IMG/VR virus record: IMGVR_UViG_3300035501_000580
Source of the DNA: a virus
Taxonomy: Duplodnaviria; Heunggongvirae; Uroviricota; Caudoviricetes
Direction: 5' to 3' (one strand)
Length of the DNA stretch: 64,000 bases
Shown: positions 39,588 through 49,853 of the stretch, one piece after another
How the letters are laid out: each line of letters opens with the position of its first letter
Position numbering within the stretch: position 1 is the first letter of the stretch
Program-made: the position numbers and the translations under genes
Notes under the pieces: model-generated
What the model was told of the DNA's origin: nothing
Databases searched by the model: none
The model's input: only the letters and a program-made list of their open reading frames with translations

Positions 39588-40202
39588 TTAACTTCGGCTT
39601 GATACATGATAGTTGTTGTTATAAAGTTTAGGGAATTTGTTTTCTAACTCGGTTTCGATTTGATTAATGTTCATCTGTGTTTCAACTTGTTTAATCATCC
39701 AAGGAACATAGTTTTCATCATAATCCTCTCTGTCTTTGAACTCTTTGAGAACCTTATCTGTTTTGAAATCTCTAATCGCCCAGTCTGATGTGATACCTGA
39801 ACGACCAGTTGAGAAGATTTCAAGATAACGAAGGTAACTATCTACCAACCAATCCCAACCAAGGACATTATATAGATACATAACCATCGGCCAGTTAAGT
39901 AAAACCAAGTCTTCTTTCTCAATGATTTCTTCACTGACAAGATTTCCATATTGGTAACAACAATGTACATCAAGGAGATATACCATGCCTTTTACTTTAT
40001 CACCAAAATCTTCAGTGATTTTTACCAAACCCCAATCATATTCTTCACCCAAGTATTCTGAGGTGAGTCCTATGAAATCACCTTCCTCATTATTGTGGAC
40101 AGTGAATAGGGGTGAACGGAGGGACTTTCTTGCATATTTACTAAGACACTTGGCCTTAACTATATACAATTTACCTAAGTAGTTGTGGTCGTAACTAAAC
40201 AT
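39588..40202 (-). CDS. hypothetical protein (204 aa)
   Basis: ORF. Confidence 0.5.
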   Translation of the reverse strand: MFSYDHNYLGKLYIVKAKCLSKYARKSLRSPLFTVHNNEEGDFIGLTSEYLGEEYDWGLVKITEDFGDKVKGMVYLLDVHCCYQYGNLVSEEIIEKEDLVLLNWPMVMYLYNVLGWDWLVDSYLRYLEIFSTGRSGITSDWAIRDFKTDKVLKEFKDREDYDENYVPWMIKQVETQMNINQIETELENKFPKLYNNNYHVSSRS

Positions 40203-40214
40203 ATTCTTTAAGTT

Positions 40215-40517
40215 TTAGAAATAACTGGGATAATTGTCTGTTGAAATGATTTTTACATCATCTATTGAAATGTTAACATTAGATAATTGTGATTCTTGAC
40301 CATAATCACCAGTATATGACATTTCAATAGATAGATTATTTTTTAGATAATCTTTGATGTATCTATCCAAGAACTGACCGTTTAATGTTTTCCAGTTTTC
40401 ATATGCTGTGTCAAACTGGTCAAGTTTTTGGATGAGTTTAATATTTTCAGTTTTCAAATCAGTCATCTCATTGTTTAGACGTCTGATTTCATCTCGAAGT
40501 TCCTGTTTAGTTTCCAT
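40215..40517 (-). CDS. hypothetical coiled-coil protein (100 aa)
   Basis: ORF downstream of promoter unit 40535-40610. Confidence 0.45.
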   Translation of the reverse strand: METKQELRDEIRRLNNEMTDLKTENIKLIQKLDQFDTAYENWKTLNGQFLDRYIKDYLKNNLSIEMSYTGDYGQESQLSNVNISIDDVKIISTDNYPSYF

Positions 40518-40534
40518 TTTTAGTGGTGTTTATT

Positions 40535-40610
40535 AATTACACTACAAAGATACAGGTTTTTTTTCAGTCCTCCAAATTTTAAGTGCTAAAAATTTGTTAA
40601 AGTTTTTGGT
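40535..40610 (-). promoter_or_regulatory. conserved promoter unit
   Basis: attacactacaaagatacaggtttttttt ... ctccaaattttaagtgctaaaaatttgttaaag. Confidence 0.65.
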
Positions 40611-40959
40611 TGTTTAGACTAATGTAAGGAAACTTTACTTCCATCACATTCGCAATAATCTCATTTACTTTGTCCTCCGGAAGTTTATCATCAACATATT
40701 TCTTCACTCCCTCTGAAATTTTAGTTGAGATTAAACTGTAAGCCTGTTCTTGAATTAATTGATTAATCATGTCATTCAAATGTTTATCCAGACTTGAAAC
40801 AATTTCTTCGTTCAATCCTGTTTCAATCCAACGATCAAGTTCCTGAGAAATCATCTGGTTCAACTCATCATTGAATTGATTTAGATGTTGTATCGTAAAC
40901 TGATGAAGATTTTGAACTTCCATTCTTAGTAGTGAATGGTTAGGTAACTCTTTTTCCAT
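40597..40959 (-). CDS. hypothetical protein (120 aa)
   Basis: ORF. Confidence 0.45.
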   Translation of the reverse strand: MEKELPNHSLLRMEVQNLHQFTIQHLNQFNDELNQMISQELDRWIETGLNEEIVSSLDKHLNDMINQLIQEQAYSLISTKISEGVKKYVDDKLPEDKVNEIIANVMEVKFPYISLNNQKL

Positions 40960-40974
40960 ATCTATGTTATTTTA

Positions 40975-42420
40975 TTAATTTATATGATTCGTCAAAATTG
41001 CCACGAAATCTTTCGCTCGTGTTAGACCTACATATCTTAGTTGTCTTTGTATTTTTTCATCACCACACTTATTTGAAATGTCGATATCATTCAATAGTAC
41101 ATTTCCAAAAGTACAACCTTGTGATTTGTGGATAGTGTGAACATAACCAAAATCAACTACCTTAGCTTGTAATAGGTTTCCATATTGGTCATATATATTA
41201 TCATTTACAAACAATAACTCATCCAGTGCTTTGATACGTTTCAACACCATTCCTTTTTGGATAGGTGTTTCACAATCTTTATATCTTCGCCACTGTTCAA
41301 CTTTCTCATAACATACAATTTTACAAGCCTCATAATTGACAGGATTATTTCTCACATCTATATAAGGTATTTCCAAAGGTGTTCCTATCGCATCTGAAAT
41401 ATACATATCTGTTATTGTAAGTTCCAAGTCACCACAATATGAATGAATTAAATCCTTTACTCTTTCTTTACGTTCTGATATTATTTCATCAACAGTATAA
41501 CTTTCAGAGTTAAGGAAACGATAAGTTCCATTGTGATAACCCCAATTACTATAAGACATTAATGGTTCACCCGGTTCAGGAATTAGACCATATCCAAGTT
41601 TTTTTCTAATCACTGAGTTTAGTTTTTCAACATTATTATTTGTGTATGTCAAAATTCTAAAATAATTAGGGTCTGTTTTTAGTCCATCAATATACTTATC
41701 AATAATTTCTATTAGTTCATTTCCTGTGGTTATATATCTGACACCTTTATCTCCCTCATACTTAGATGAATATGATAGTTCTCCTTCTATTCTCACTTTG
41801 GTTGCTTCTTCCAAAATAGGGACATCATCAGTTCTCTCTACTTTTGTGAGTTCGATGTTTTTATTCTTATCTCTAAATACAATAGAAATATCACCTTCAT
41901 TCACAGGAGCTAACTGGGCAGGATCACCAATGAAAATAATCTTACAACCATGTGCTTCACTTTTTTCAATGACATCTTTATAATTATCTTCAGACAACAT
42001 AGACGCCTCATCAATAATTATAATACTATGGTCTCGGATTTCATCTTTGTCAGCATATGTTCTTTTCTTTTTGGAAGCGTCAAACTCATTACCATCAAGG
42101 TCATATTCAATCATAATACCAAATAGAGAGTTGACTGTATATACTTTCTTACCCACTTTTGATTTTAAGACCGCCGCCGCCTTGTGTGTAGTCGCCGCGA
42201 ATAGGATAGGTCGATATGTCCAGTAACGAGCATAGACAATTTCCATCATAGTCGTTTTACCTGTTCCAGCCCATCCCATTATTGTGAGCACTCGATTATC
42301 AGGATTGTTGTCTTTTATGAATTTGTCAACCTCATCGAGTGCATCTAATTGTTGGTCATTTAATTTGAAAGGTAACTTAATGGAAAAATCTCCTATTGTG
42401 TTCAGATATGTTTTGTTCAT
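40975..42420 (-). CDS. SF1 DNA helicase, Dda/RecD-like (481 aa)
   Basis: Walker A GWAGTGKTT, motif II IIIIDEASML, C-terminal VHTIHKSQGCTF (helicase motif V/VI region). Confidence 0.8.
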   Translation of the reverse strand: MNKTYLNTIGDFSIKLPFKLNDQQLDALDEVDKFIKDNNPDNRVLTIMGWAGTGKTTMMEIVYARYWTYRPILFAATTHKAAAVLKSKVGKKVYTVNSLFGIMIEYDLDGNEFDASKKKRTYADKDEIRDHSIIIIDEASMLSEDNYKDVIEKSEAHGCKIIFIGDPAQLAPVNEGDISIVFRDKNKNIELTKVERTDDVPILEEATKVRIEGELSYSSKYEGDKGVRYITTGNELIEIIDKYIDGLKTDPNYFRILTYTNNNVEKLNSVIRKKLGYGLIPEPGEPLMSYSNWGYHNGTYRFLNSESYTVDEIISERKERVKDLIHSYCGDLELTITDMYISDAIGTPLEIPYIDVRNNPVNYEACKIVCYEKVEQWRRYKDCETPIQKGMVLKRIKALDELLFVNDNIYDQYGNLLQAKVVDFGYVHTIHKSQGCTFGNVLLNDIDISNKCGDEKIQRQLRYVGLTRAKDFVAILTNHIN

Positions 42421-42776
42421 TGTTTCTCAAAATAAAATAAACCATCCCACTCCAACTCTGTTACCATGTTGTATTTCTCAGCAAGACGGTAAATAAATGG
42501 TTGTTTAACTCTTGACATCAGGGTTTTCAATTTGTTCCTAAACCCTTCTATTGTCAGTACATCTTTATAATAGTTACATTGACGACAAGAAGGCATCAGG
42601 TTGTCTATATCATTCAAATCTATATCTTCTTTTTTCCAATATGAACGATATACTGAAACAACATGGTCAACTTGCATATCTTTCATCTCCAACTCACATC
42701 CACAATATGCACAGTGACCGTTGTATTTTTTATAAACTTCCTCCCTGAGTTTTTTACTTATCGGTTTTCTTTTCAT
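42417..42776 (-). CDS. HNH endonuclease (119 aa)
   Basis: CAYCGC ... DHVVSV ... N ... CRQCNYYK. Confidence 0.7.
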   Translation of the reverse strand: MKRKPISKKLREEVYKKYNGHCAYCGCELEMKDMQVDHVVSVYRSYWKKEDIDLNDIDNLMPSCRQCNYYKDVLTIEGFRNKLKTLMSRVKQPFIYRLAEKYNMVTELEWDGLFYFEKQ

Positions 42777-42829
42777 AACTTCTTAAAAATTAGAAAGTTG
42801 AATCATTTTCAGTTCAACTTTCTATTGTA

Positions 42830-43300
42830 TTATCGTCGGCCTCTACCACCGTTATTATGTTGTTGTGTATTCGGTTTCCCCTGTGGTCGGTTGTTAGATT
42901 TATTTTGTCTAACTTGTGGTCGGTTGTTGTGTCGAGGTTGTGTTCTATATTTAGGTTGGTATCCACGAGGCCTATCATAATAATGGTGTCGTGAATGATT
43001 GTAGAAAATCCATCTCTTTACTGGGACAAAATTCCTAATAAAAATACCACTTTGATTATATAGACCTACCTCAATACCACAAGGTAGAAGTTCCCAATAC
43101 ACATTACTTGGAATAGTTCCCACAATGTGATATGAATAAAACCCATCATTCACAAAGGCCGGGTCATTGATAAGTCCGGTGATGACATAATCATAATAAA
43201 CTGGTCGATAATCACTGTCAACACTCTGAGCCACCACACATGATGTCAGTCCAATAAAAGACATCAATAGACAAACTATGAATTTTCGCATTGTCTTCAT
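42830..43300 (-). CDS. secreted/lipoprotein-like protein with Arg/Gln/Asn-rich C-terminus (156 aa)
   Basis: signal peptide, LTSC. Confidence 0.45.
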   Translation of the reverse strand: MKTMRKFIVCLLMSFIGLTSCVVAQSVDSDYRPVYYDYVITGLINDPAFVNDGFYSYHIVGTIPSNVYWELLPCGIEVGLYNQSGIFIRNFVPVKRWIFYNHSRHHYYDRPRGYQPKYRTQPRHNNRPQVRQNKSNNRPQGKPNTQQHNNGGRGRR

Positions 43301-44070
43301 TTATTTAACCATTTATTTTTTAAGTCTTCTCTGTTTTCTTTGTTAGCAATCTCATAAGAAACAATATCCCATACACTTCTGGTATATTCCTGTCCTTCTG
43401 GGTTTACTTTAACTACTTGTGATTTGTAGATGAAACGACCAAACTTTTTATCATCAGAAACCAAATTCCAATCATTTCCAGTCTGTTCCAAACACAACTT
43501 AACTTGTTCATCTGAATTGTGTCCTCTCAGGGTGTTGTGTGAGAGATATGTCTGACAAAACTGATTCTTTGAGTTCTTAATACAATCTATCTGACGGTAT
43601 AAGAACCAAGCTAACATATCATTCTCATTAGGAACAACCCATACCTTACAGTCGAACACATAATCTTTCATTTCAAAGATGTGGTCAAATCTGGGGACAA
43701 GTTTCAACTCATATTCAATCATCAACTTTGTGAAGTATGATGTTGCAATAGAGGGAATGATGGACAAAAGTTTACACATTCTACCATCAAAGGGTACACA
43801 GGTTTCATTAGTGTCTCGAATGACAAGACTAATTTCATCTGATTGAACAAAAGCACCTACACAATTTTGGATATTCTTACATAGATACTTCGCAGTTTTA
43901 TTCATCATCTCAATAAACTGCTCATCAAATGGTTTCTCAAATTTGTTTTTGATTAATGTGGAAAAATTCTTACCATCAATCATAACCATAATGTAACCAT
44001 TTGGAAGAAGTCGATAATCAGTCAGACTTCTGTAATACTCACATTTTTCTTTTAGGGTTCGGAAAATCAT
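43297..44070 (-). CDS. Thg1-like protein (tRNA-His guanylyltransferase family / 3'-5' polymerase), 257 aa
   Basis: RLLPNGYIMVMIDGKNFS ... KPFDEQFIEMMNKTA ... AFVQSDEISLV aligns with Thg1 conserved blocks (RLLPN.WIVVRIDGR.F ... KPND ... GQSDE.S). Confidence 0.7.
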   Translation of the reverse strand: MIFRTLKEKCEYYRSLTDYRLLPNGYIMVMIDGKNFSTLIKNKFEKPFDEQFIEMMNKTAKYLCKNIQNCVGAFVQSDEISLVIRDTNETCVPFDGRMCKLLSIIPSIATSYFTKLMIEYELKLVPRFDHIFEMKDYVFDCKVWVVPNENDMLAWFLYRQIDCIKNSKNQFCQTYLSHNTLRGHNSDEQVKLCLEQTGNDWNLVSDDKKFGRFIYKSQVVKVNPEGQEYTRSVWDIVSYEIANKENREDLKNKWLNK

Positions 44071-44150
44071 AACAATTAATTTTGAATTTCACTATAAAAA
44101 TAACAAACTCAGCCAAGTTTAAGTTAACATTGACTGAGTTTTTACAATTT

Positions 44151-45284
44151 TTAGTAATTCATTATCATTATGTGTGTGACGTTCGTGTCATTTCTACCCA
44201 TAAAATTGACTTGGTATTTCTTGTCAAACGTCACAATCCTGATTCCGGGTTTGTTATACAGGTCATAAATGAAATCTGTATATTTAATATCTACCATCCA
44301 CTTAGCTTTACATTCATTGATAAGATAGTTCGCTAATCTAATTTGGTCATCCTTTGTAAATTCATTCTGGGCATAAGTGGAGAAGGTACTGTCATAAGGA
44401 GGATCCAAGAATATAAAATCATTCTCGGTTGGATTACATTTCTTCAAAAATTCCTCAAAGTCAAGATTGAATATAGAGGTCTTATTGAAATGTTCCATCA
44501 CCTCATCTGACTTGTAATAATTAGTTTTACTTGATAATGATTTTTTATTATATCCCATTCCTCCATAGGGTACATTAAATTCACCATTGTCATTATACCT
44601 AAACATCCCTGAGTAAGCATAGTTCCTAATAAAAAAATACAAGGCACAGTGGAGAGTTCTATCTTGTTTAGTTAGTTTCTCATCATTATACAAAGTTCGA
44701 TAAGTCATATACAGAGCAGAGTGAATGGCGGTTTGTATATTATCATCAGCCATCATTAGGTCAAGTTCAGTATTATTCTCATCCAACTTTTTCATTCGTT
44801 TCATCTTGCGAAATAAATTCGTTTTGAGTTCTTGAATAAAAGTCCAATTAGTTTTCTTAAATGAATCAGGACAGATACAATCAATATTATCTTTATAGTC
44901 TTCACAATAAGCATCAATCATATCTTTTACTCTACTCTCACGAATGACATCTTTCCAGAATATTGAGTATATACCATCAACTAAGTATTTTTTGGATGTG
45001 AGAAATAAATGTTTTACTAACCCCCAAGACTTAATAATATCTCCAACATACTCAAAGAATTGATTATCAGAGGTTTTAATACATTTATATAGGTCTGTCA
45101 ATTCCCACGAAAAGTCATTGATATAGTATTCATTGGCTTCTACACCCATGAATACAGAACCTCCACCCACAAATGGTTCAAAGTATCTATCAAATTCAGG
45201 GAGGTTGGGAATGATATATGGTAATTCTTTTTCTTTACCACCAGTATATTTAATTATAGGTGATAGTCCGGTACTTCTTTCCAT
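44151..45284 (-). CDS. DNA adenine N6-methyltransferase, Dam family (377 aa)
   Basis: motif I FEPFVGGGSVF and motif IV FLDPPY. Confidence 0.75.
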   Translation of the reverse strand: MERSTGLSPIIKYTGGKEKELPYIIPNLPEFDRYFEPFVGGGSVFMGVEANEYYINDFSWELTDLYKCIKTSDNQFFEYVGDIIKSWGLVKHLFLTSKKYLVDGIYSIFWKDVIRESRVKDMIDAYCEDYKDNIDCICPDSFKKTNWTFIQELKTNLFRKMKRMKKLDENNTELDLMMADDNIQTAIHSALYMTYRTLYNDEKLTKQDRTLHCALYFFIRNYAYSGMFRYNDNGEFNVPYGGMGYNKKSLSSKTNYYKSDEVMEHFNKTSIFNLDFEEFLKKCNPTENDFIFLDPPYDSTFSTYAQNEFTKDDQIRLANYLINECKAKWMVDIKYTDFIYDLYNKPGIRIVTFDKKYQVNFMGRNDTNVTHIMIMNY

Positions 45285-45285
45285 A

Positions 45286-45885
45286 TTACAAATGATGCCA
45301 GTGTTTTCTACAAACTGATTTATATGTTACATTACCTTGTTCGATTTCTACACTCGGACCTCCATATTCGATTTCACCATTGACAAATCTAATATGACAA
45401 ATAGCTTTTCCATCACATCTATCAATCTCACAAGGGGTATCAATCTCAATAAATTCATCAGCAAGTGCCAATAAATGTTTACTCCCTTCAAATAACTCAC
45501 CATTAATGTCAGTTTTTAGACCATAACAAAAGACATCAATACCTCTAATGTCGGCAATATCACATAGAGTTAACACATCTTCTCTTGTCAAAAACTGAGC
45601 TTCATCAACAAAAAGAACCCCAAAATCAAGTAATGATAAGGATTCTCTAAGGTCTTCAAAATAATATGTGGGTTCTTCATTTTTCGTAATTCGTGATTTC
45701 GTTACACCCCAACCAATGAATTTAGTGTCATTCCCAGTTGTTTCTCTGGTGTCAACACATGGTTTTACAATAATTGGATTTTTTCTTCGTCGTTTGTATG
45801 AATCAAATTGGGTTAACATTTTAGATGTCTTACCTGAACCCATACAACCATAATTAAATACTATCTTACCCATTCGTTTCTTCAA
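45286..45885 (-). CDS. tdk: thymidine kinase (199 aa)
   Basis: P-loop GCMGSGKTS, KPCVDTR, VDEAQFL, C-terminal zinc cysteines. Confidence 0.8.
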   Translation of the reverse strand: MKKRMGKIVFNYGCMGSGKTSKMLTQFDSYKRRRKNPIIVKPCVDTRETTGNDTKFIGWGVTKSRITKNEEPTYYFEDLRESLSLLDFGVLFVDEAQFLTREDVLTLCDIADIRGIDVFCYGLKTDINGELFEGSKHLLALADEFIEIDTPCEIDRCDGKAICHIRFVNGEIEYGGPSVEIEQGNVTYKSVCRKHWHHL

Positions 45886-46199
45886 TTTCTTTTTTAATGT
45901 AATATGTCAATCCCCATACATTGTCATAGGTCACTCCACACAGTTCCCACCCCTGTCTACCAAGTGTGTTCAACTGGGCTTCTGAAACCTCCTTGTTGGT
46001 TCTAACTATTTTGTACTTATATCTTTTCATAACCTAAACATAACAAAAAAGAGAGAGGTCATGCGACCCCTCTCATGTTAAATTTTCTCAACCATCCAGT
46101 CAATCCAATCATCAAGTGAAAACAGGTAGTTCTCCGCTGACTCTAAATCATAAAACTTCCCAAAACTACCTAAACCATAAACATTTACTAAGGTATACA

Positions 46200-46421
46200 T
46201 CACCAACAACTAACATCAGTAATGTCCTTTTCAACATTACAGTAAACACATCCGATTAAGACTGATGAACCAAGACCTCCGGGAATGAACTTATAATAGT
46301 AATGTTCACCTGTTGCGGGGAGGTTTCCATTAGCGAAGGAATGAGGACACACTTTCTTATGTTCCTCCATAAAGGCCAACGCTTCCTTTTCTTCTTCGTC
46401 GTTTAATTCAAAAGTCATCAT
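46200..46421 (-). CDS. hypothetical Cys-containing small protein (73 aa)
   Basis: ORF. Confidence 0.4.
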   Translation of the reverse strand: MMTFELNDEEEKEALAFMEEHKKVCPHSFANGNLPATGEHYYYKFIPGGLGSSVLIGCVYCNVEKDITDVSCW

Positions 46422-46423
46422 AA

Positions 46424-47566
46424 TTAATATCCTATTGTTGAACCTTCATATGTACGGTTCAACTGATTATTCACTTTATAGAACACACAACACTTAGGTA
46501 TATCTTTAAGTTTTGTTGCTCCTATATATGTCATTGTACTTCTCAATCCACCAAGAAATTCCTCATTTACATCATCAACTGAACCTACATATGGTACCAA
46601 ACTAACACGGCCTTCACTGGCTCGATACTTACGTTTTCCATCACCAAATTTTTCCTGAGCCAGTGATGAACTCATACCATAGAACAACTTGAACTTTTTG
46701 GTTTCATATACTTTTTCATGATTAACTACACCCATGACATAATTAACCACCTCTGTTGTTCGTTCATTTGTGAGGTATGTCTTTTCAACTATTTCTCCAT
46801 CAGCTTCCGTTGTTCCAGCATACAAACTACCAATCATGATAAAATCCGCACCTGCTCCAAAAGCCTTACCAATATCACCCGGACAAGTAATTCCACCATC
46901 AGAACAACACATACCCCCCACTTGGTGAGCCGCATCCGCACATTCTATGATAGTTGATAATTGAGGGCGACCTACACCAGTTTGTTTTCTCGTGATACAT
47001 TGTCCACCACCACCAATTCCAGCTTTGATTATGTCAGCTCCCGAAAGGATAAGGTCTTCAACAATATCACCAGTAACAACATTACCAACCATCAAAAGAC
47101 AATTAGGATATACCTTACGAATATCAATGACCAGTTGTTTTACCTGTGGAATATAACCATTAGGGACATCAATACAAATGGACATACTATAGTCTTTACC
47201 ACTGAAAACTTCTTCATTCAGTTGTTTCAGTTTATCAACACCATTGTCTTTTAGTCCAATAGAAATAAATGTTCGTTTTCGTTCATCGTCAGACAAACTC
47301 TTGAAGAAGTCAATAAGGTCATTAACTTCATGGTGTTTATGCAGACAGGCAAACAAACCAACTTTTAACATCTTCCTCGTCACATCAAAGTTACCGATTG
47401 TACCCATATTAGCCTGCATTATACCAGTTCCTTTAATCGTATAAGGACACCATTTGAATTTATACTCTCGTGTTATATCTGCATCTTTACGACTGGCGAT
47501 AGTGGAACGACGAGGCTTAATCAAAACATCTGAAAAGTCTAACTCTGTTTTTTCTAATATCTGCAT
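46424..47566 (-). CDS. guaC: GMP reductase (IMPDH/GMPR family TIM barrel), 380 aa
   Basis: VLIKPRRSTI, IGGGGQCITR.QTGVGRPQLS, CSDGGI, LFYGMSS ... YRA.EG ... GGLRS blocks align with GuaC. Confidence 0.75.
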   Translation of the reverse strand: MQILEKTELDFSDVLIKPRRSTIASRKDADITREYKFKWCPYTIKGTGIMQANMGTIGNFDVTRKMLKVGLFACLHKHHEVNDLIDFFKSLSDDERKRTFISIGLKDNGVDKLKQLNEEVFSGKDYSMSICIDVPNGYIPQVKQLVIDIRKVYPNCLLMVGNVVTGDIVEDLILSGADIIKAGIGGGGQCITRKQTGVGRPQLSTIIECADAAHQVGGMCCSDGGITCPGDIGKAFGAGADFIMIGSLYAGTTEADGEIVEKTYLTNERTTEVVNYVMGVVNHEKVYETKKFKLFYGMSSSLAQEKFGDGKRKYRASEGRVSLVPYVGSVDDVNEEFLGGLRSTMTYIGATKLKDIPKCCVFYKVNNQLNRTYEGSTIGY

Positions 47567-47585
47567 TTTTATTTTATTTTAGGAT

Positions 47586-48125
47586 TTACTTTTTACCACC
47601 AGAATAACCATGATCGATTACATCTTCAATGGCTTCTGTTTCTTCAATCTCAAACTGACCAAGACGATATGATGAAAAGTAGAATAGGTCACTTACTTCA
47701 TCAAAAATTCCACTAATTTCTCTAAGACAATTAGTCGCCTTGATATATGCCTTACGTTTAGCTCGACTCATTGCGATACGATAACCTGTGACATCATTGT
47801 TCTCATCATCAGGAGAAAGAGTTGCCACACCTGTTGACTTAGCTTTCCAAATATTCTTCTTGAAATCTCTCTTATACCCATACTTAGTCAGGATTGTTGC
47901 AATGGGTTCAGGAAGTGTTTTCAAACCAAGATTTTCCAACTCAGCTTCCAGTTTTGTGAATTTGAAACCAGACCATACCGATACAATAGTCCGATTTTCT
48001 ACAGTCTTTTTGGAAATACTCGTGTCATCAAAAGTGAGCTTTATAAATTTATTATCCATATCTTTATAAGTATTAATTATTAAATTACATATTAAACATA
48101 ACAAAAAAAGGATGAAAATGGACAT
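47586..48125 (-). CDS. secreted hypothetical protein (179 aa)
   Basis: signal peptide. Confidence 0.45.
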   Translation of the reverse strand: MSIFILFLLCLICNLIINTYKDMDNKFIKLTFDDTSISKKTVENRTIVSVWSGFKFTKLEAELENLGLKTLPEPIATILTKYGYKRDFKKNIWKAKSTGVATLSPDDENNDVTGYRIAMSRAKRKAYIKATNCLREISGIFDEVSDLFYFSSYRLGQFEIEETEAIEDVIDHGYSGGKK

Positions 48126-48139
48126 TACGAAATAAAATC

Positions 48140-48636
48140 GTCAAAAAAAAGACCGGATAATTAAATCCAGTCTTTATGGGAGATAACCTGCCCGGTTGAT
48201 AGAAACGTTCTCGAACACGCTAGAGAGGCTCAGCGGGACAAAACACACAGACCTGAGAACCTTGTGATACACAGTCACCCATGCACCCAACCCCAATGGA
48301 TTTTCTATACCTTTGACACCTTAGTCCTATCATGGGGTACTGCCATGTAATAGTAACCCAAGATGTGATAGGTGTTCAAATATCTTGATATGAGACCACA
48401 TACCTTCAACTATAAGACACCCCTTATTCGGTATAGACCATTTGAGGCCGACCTATTGTTACCAATAGGTGAACCAAGGTCTGAACCTTATTTCTCCGGT
48501 GGTCATTCCACCCTCACCCCACTCCCGTAGGAGTCAAAGGTTCGCCCCCTTCTTTTCCATTCATTTTGTGAACTAAATTATGGCTGACACCAACGTACTC
48601 CTATAGTTTTGTTCATCTCATAAAAACTCAAATTCC
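48140..48636. ncRNA. candidate large structured ncRNA (GC-elevated ~500-nt ORF-free region)
   Basis: no ORF on the coding strand, GC content clearly above surroundings, many short complementary segments. Confidence 0.3.
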
Positions 48637-48753
48637 TTGTTTACCATCGTGGGTTGCCAGAAGATGATTTTTTACAGACTTTGTTCACCAAGAGTCCGAA
48701 TAGAACACACATCCATTGCCTTTCAGATAGCCTCGGTTATCGGCGGAGAGGGA

Positions 48754-48838
48754 GGGATTCGAACCCCCGGACCAATAATGGCCAACGGTTTTCAAGACCG
48801 CCGCAATCGACCACTCTGCCACCTCTCCAAAATTTGTT
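48754..48838 (-). tRNA. tRNA-Ser(TGA), class II
   Basis: anticodon loop CTTGAAA, long variable arm, T-arm GGGGG-TTCGAAT-CCCTC. Confidence 0.85.
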
Positions 48839-49398
48839 TAACCAAATTTTTTAATTGTATCTTGAACTCGATTTAACCAACCTGTCAAGAATTGTTTTTG
48901 TGAAGGATTTTTAGCAACATTATCCTTATATCTTTGGATTCTTTGATTACCTAATTCCTTCGCAATTTCATCTTTATGAACTCCATTAGCATATGAAATT
49001 GTTGTTTGTCCAATCTTACCATCTACAACAATATTCACCTTACATACTTTATTTATGGCTTGTTGTAATAATTTAACTGAACCTACACAACCACTATTTA
49101 CTGCATGATCATATAAATGAGCTGAGATTAATAAAGAATCAAAACTATCAATCTTCATAGTGTTATAAAAATTAGTGAGATAAAATTCCTCTACTAATGT
49201 TTGTAATTGTAGATTGTTTATTTTTTGATTCCATTTTAGAGGTTTATTCTTATCTACAATACTCCATCCAGACCACTTAGGCCAATTCTTTCTGGAAATA
49301 CCACAGTAAGTTTCTCCACCTCTATCTCCTTTTACATTTGCATATCCACCTTCAATAGTTAAAGTTGCGTCAATAATTTGTTTCGCTTTGGTTGTCAT
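48838..49398 (-). CDS. endolysin-type lysozyme, glycoside hydrolase family 108 with C-terminal PG-binding-like domain (186 aa)
   Basis: N-terminal EGGYANVKGDRGGETYCGIS = GH108 hallmark EGG(Y/F).N...D.GG.T..GI. Confidence 0.75.
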   Translation of the reverse strand: MTTKAKQIIDATLTIEGGYANVKGDRGGETYCGISRKNWPKWSGWSIVDKNKPLKWNQKINNLQLQTLVEEFYLTNFYNTMKIDSFDSLLISAHLYDHAVNSGCVGSVKLLQQAINKVCKVNIVVDGKIGQTTISYANGVHKDEIAKELGNQRIQRYKDNVAKNPSQKQFLTGWLNRVQDTIKKFG

Positions 49399-49780
49399 TT
49401 GTTTGTTTTACATATTGTGTATGGTCAGAATAACCAAGGATGTAAATTATTAAAATCTCTTTCTTCACTTACATTTGGTTCATTTAACATCTGACGAATT
49501 TGGTAGTCAGTAAAGTTTCTCAACTGTTTTTCAAAAGTAACATCTTCAAATCGCATAGGTAGAAAATTTTAAGGTTAGTATTAATGCGGAGAGCAGTGGA
49601 CACGAACCACATACGATTACTCGTACAATCGGTTTAGCAGACCGTCCTTTTACCTCAAAAGTTTACTCTCCATAATCAACAAGATTCAAAATCAAAACCA
49701 CCTATATAAATTTATGTACTAAAAAGTTGCGGTATGAATCTTTACTTCATCTAATATATTTATGTAATTGTGAGCCCGGT

Positions 49781-49853
49781 GGGACTCGAACCCACGACCC
49801 CCACATTAAAAGTGTGGTGCTCTACCATCTGAGCTACGGACCCCAACCTAATG
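49781..49853 (-). tRNA. tRNA-Lys(TTT)
   Basis: anticodon loop CTTTTAA; canonical D and T arms. Confidence 0.85.

Noticed and set aside
48140-48636. tmRNA or RNase P RNA in the GC-rich gap
   Set aside because: No tRNA-like acceptor/T-arm pair, no ANDENYALAA-like tag frame, and no P4 consensus AGGAAAGTCCGG / ACAGAAACCCGGCTTA were found.
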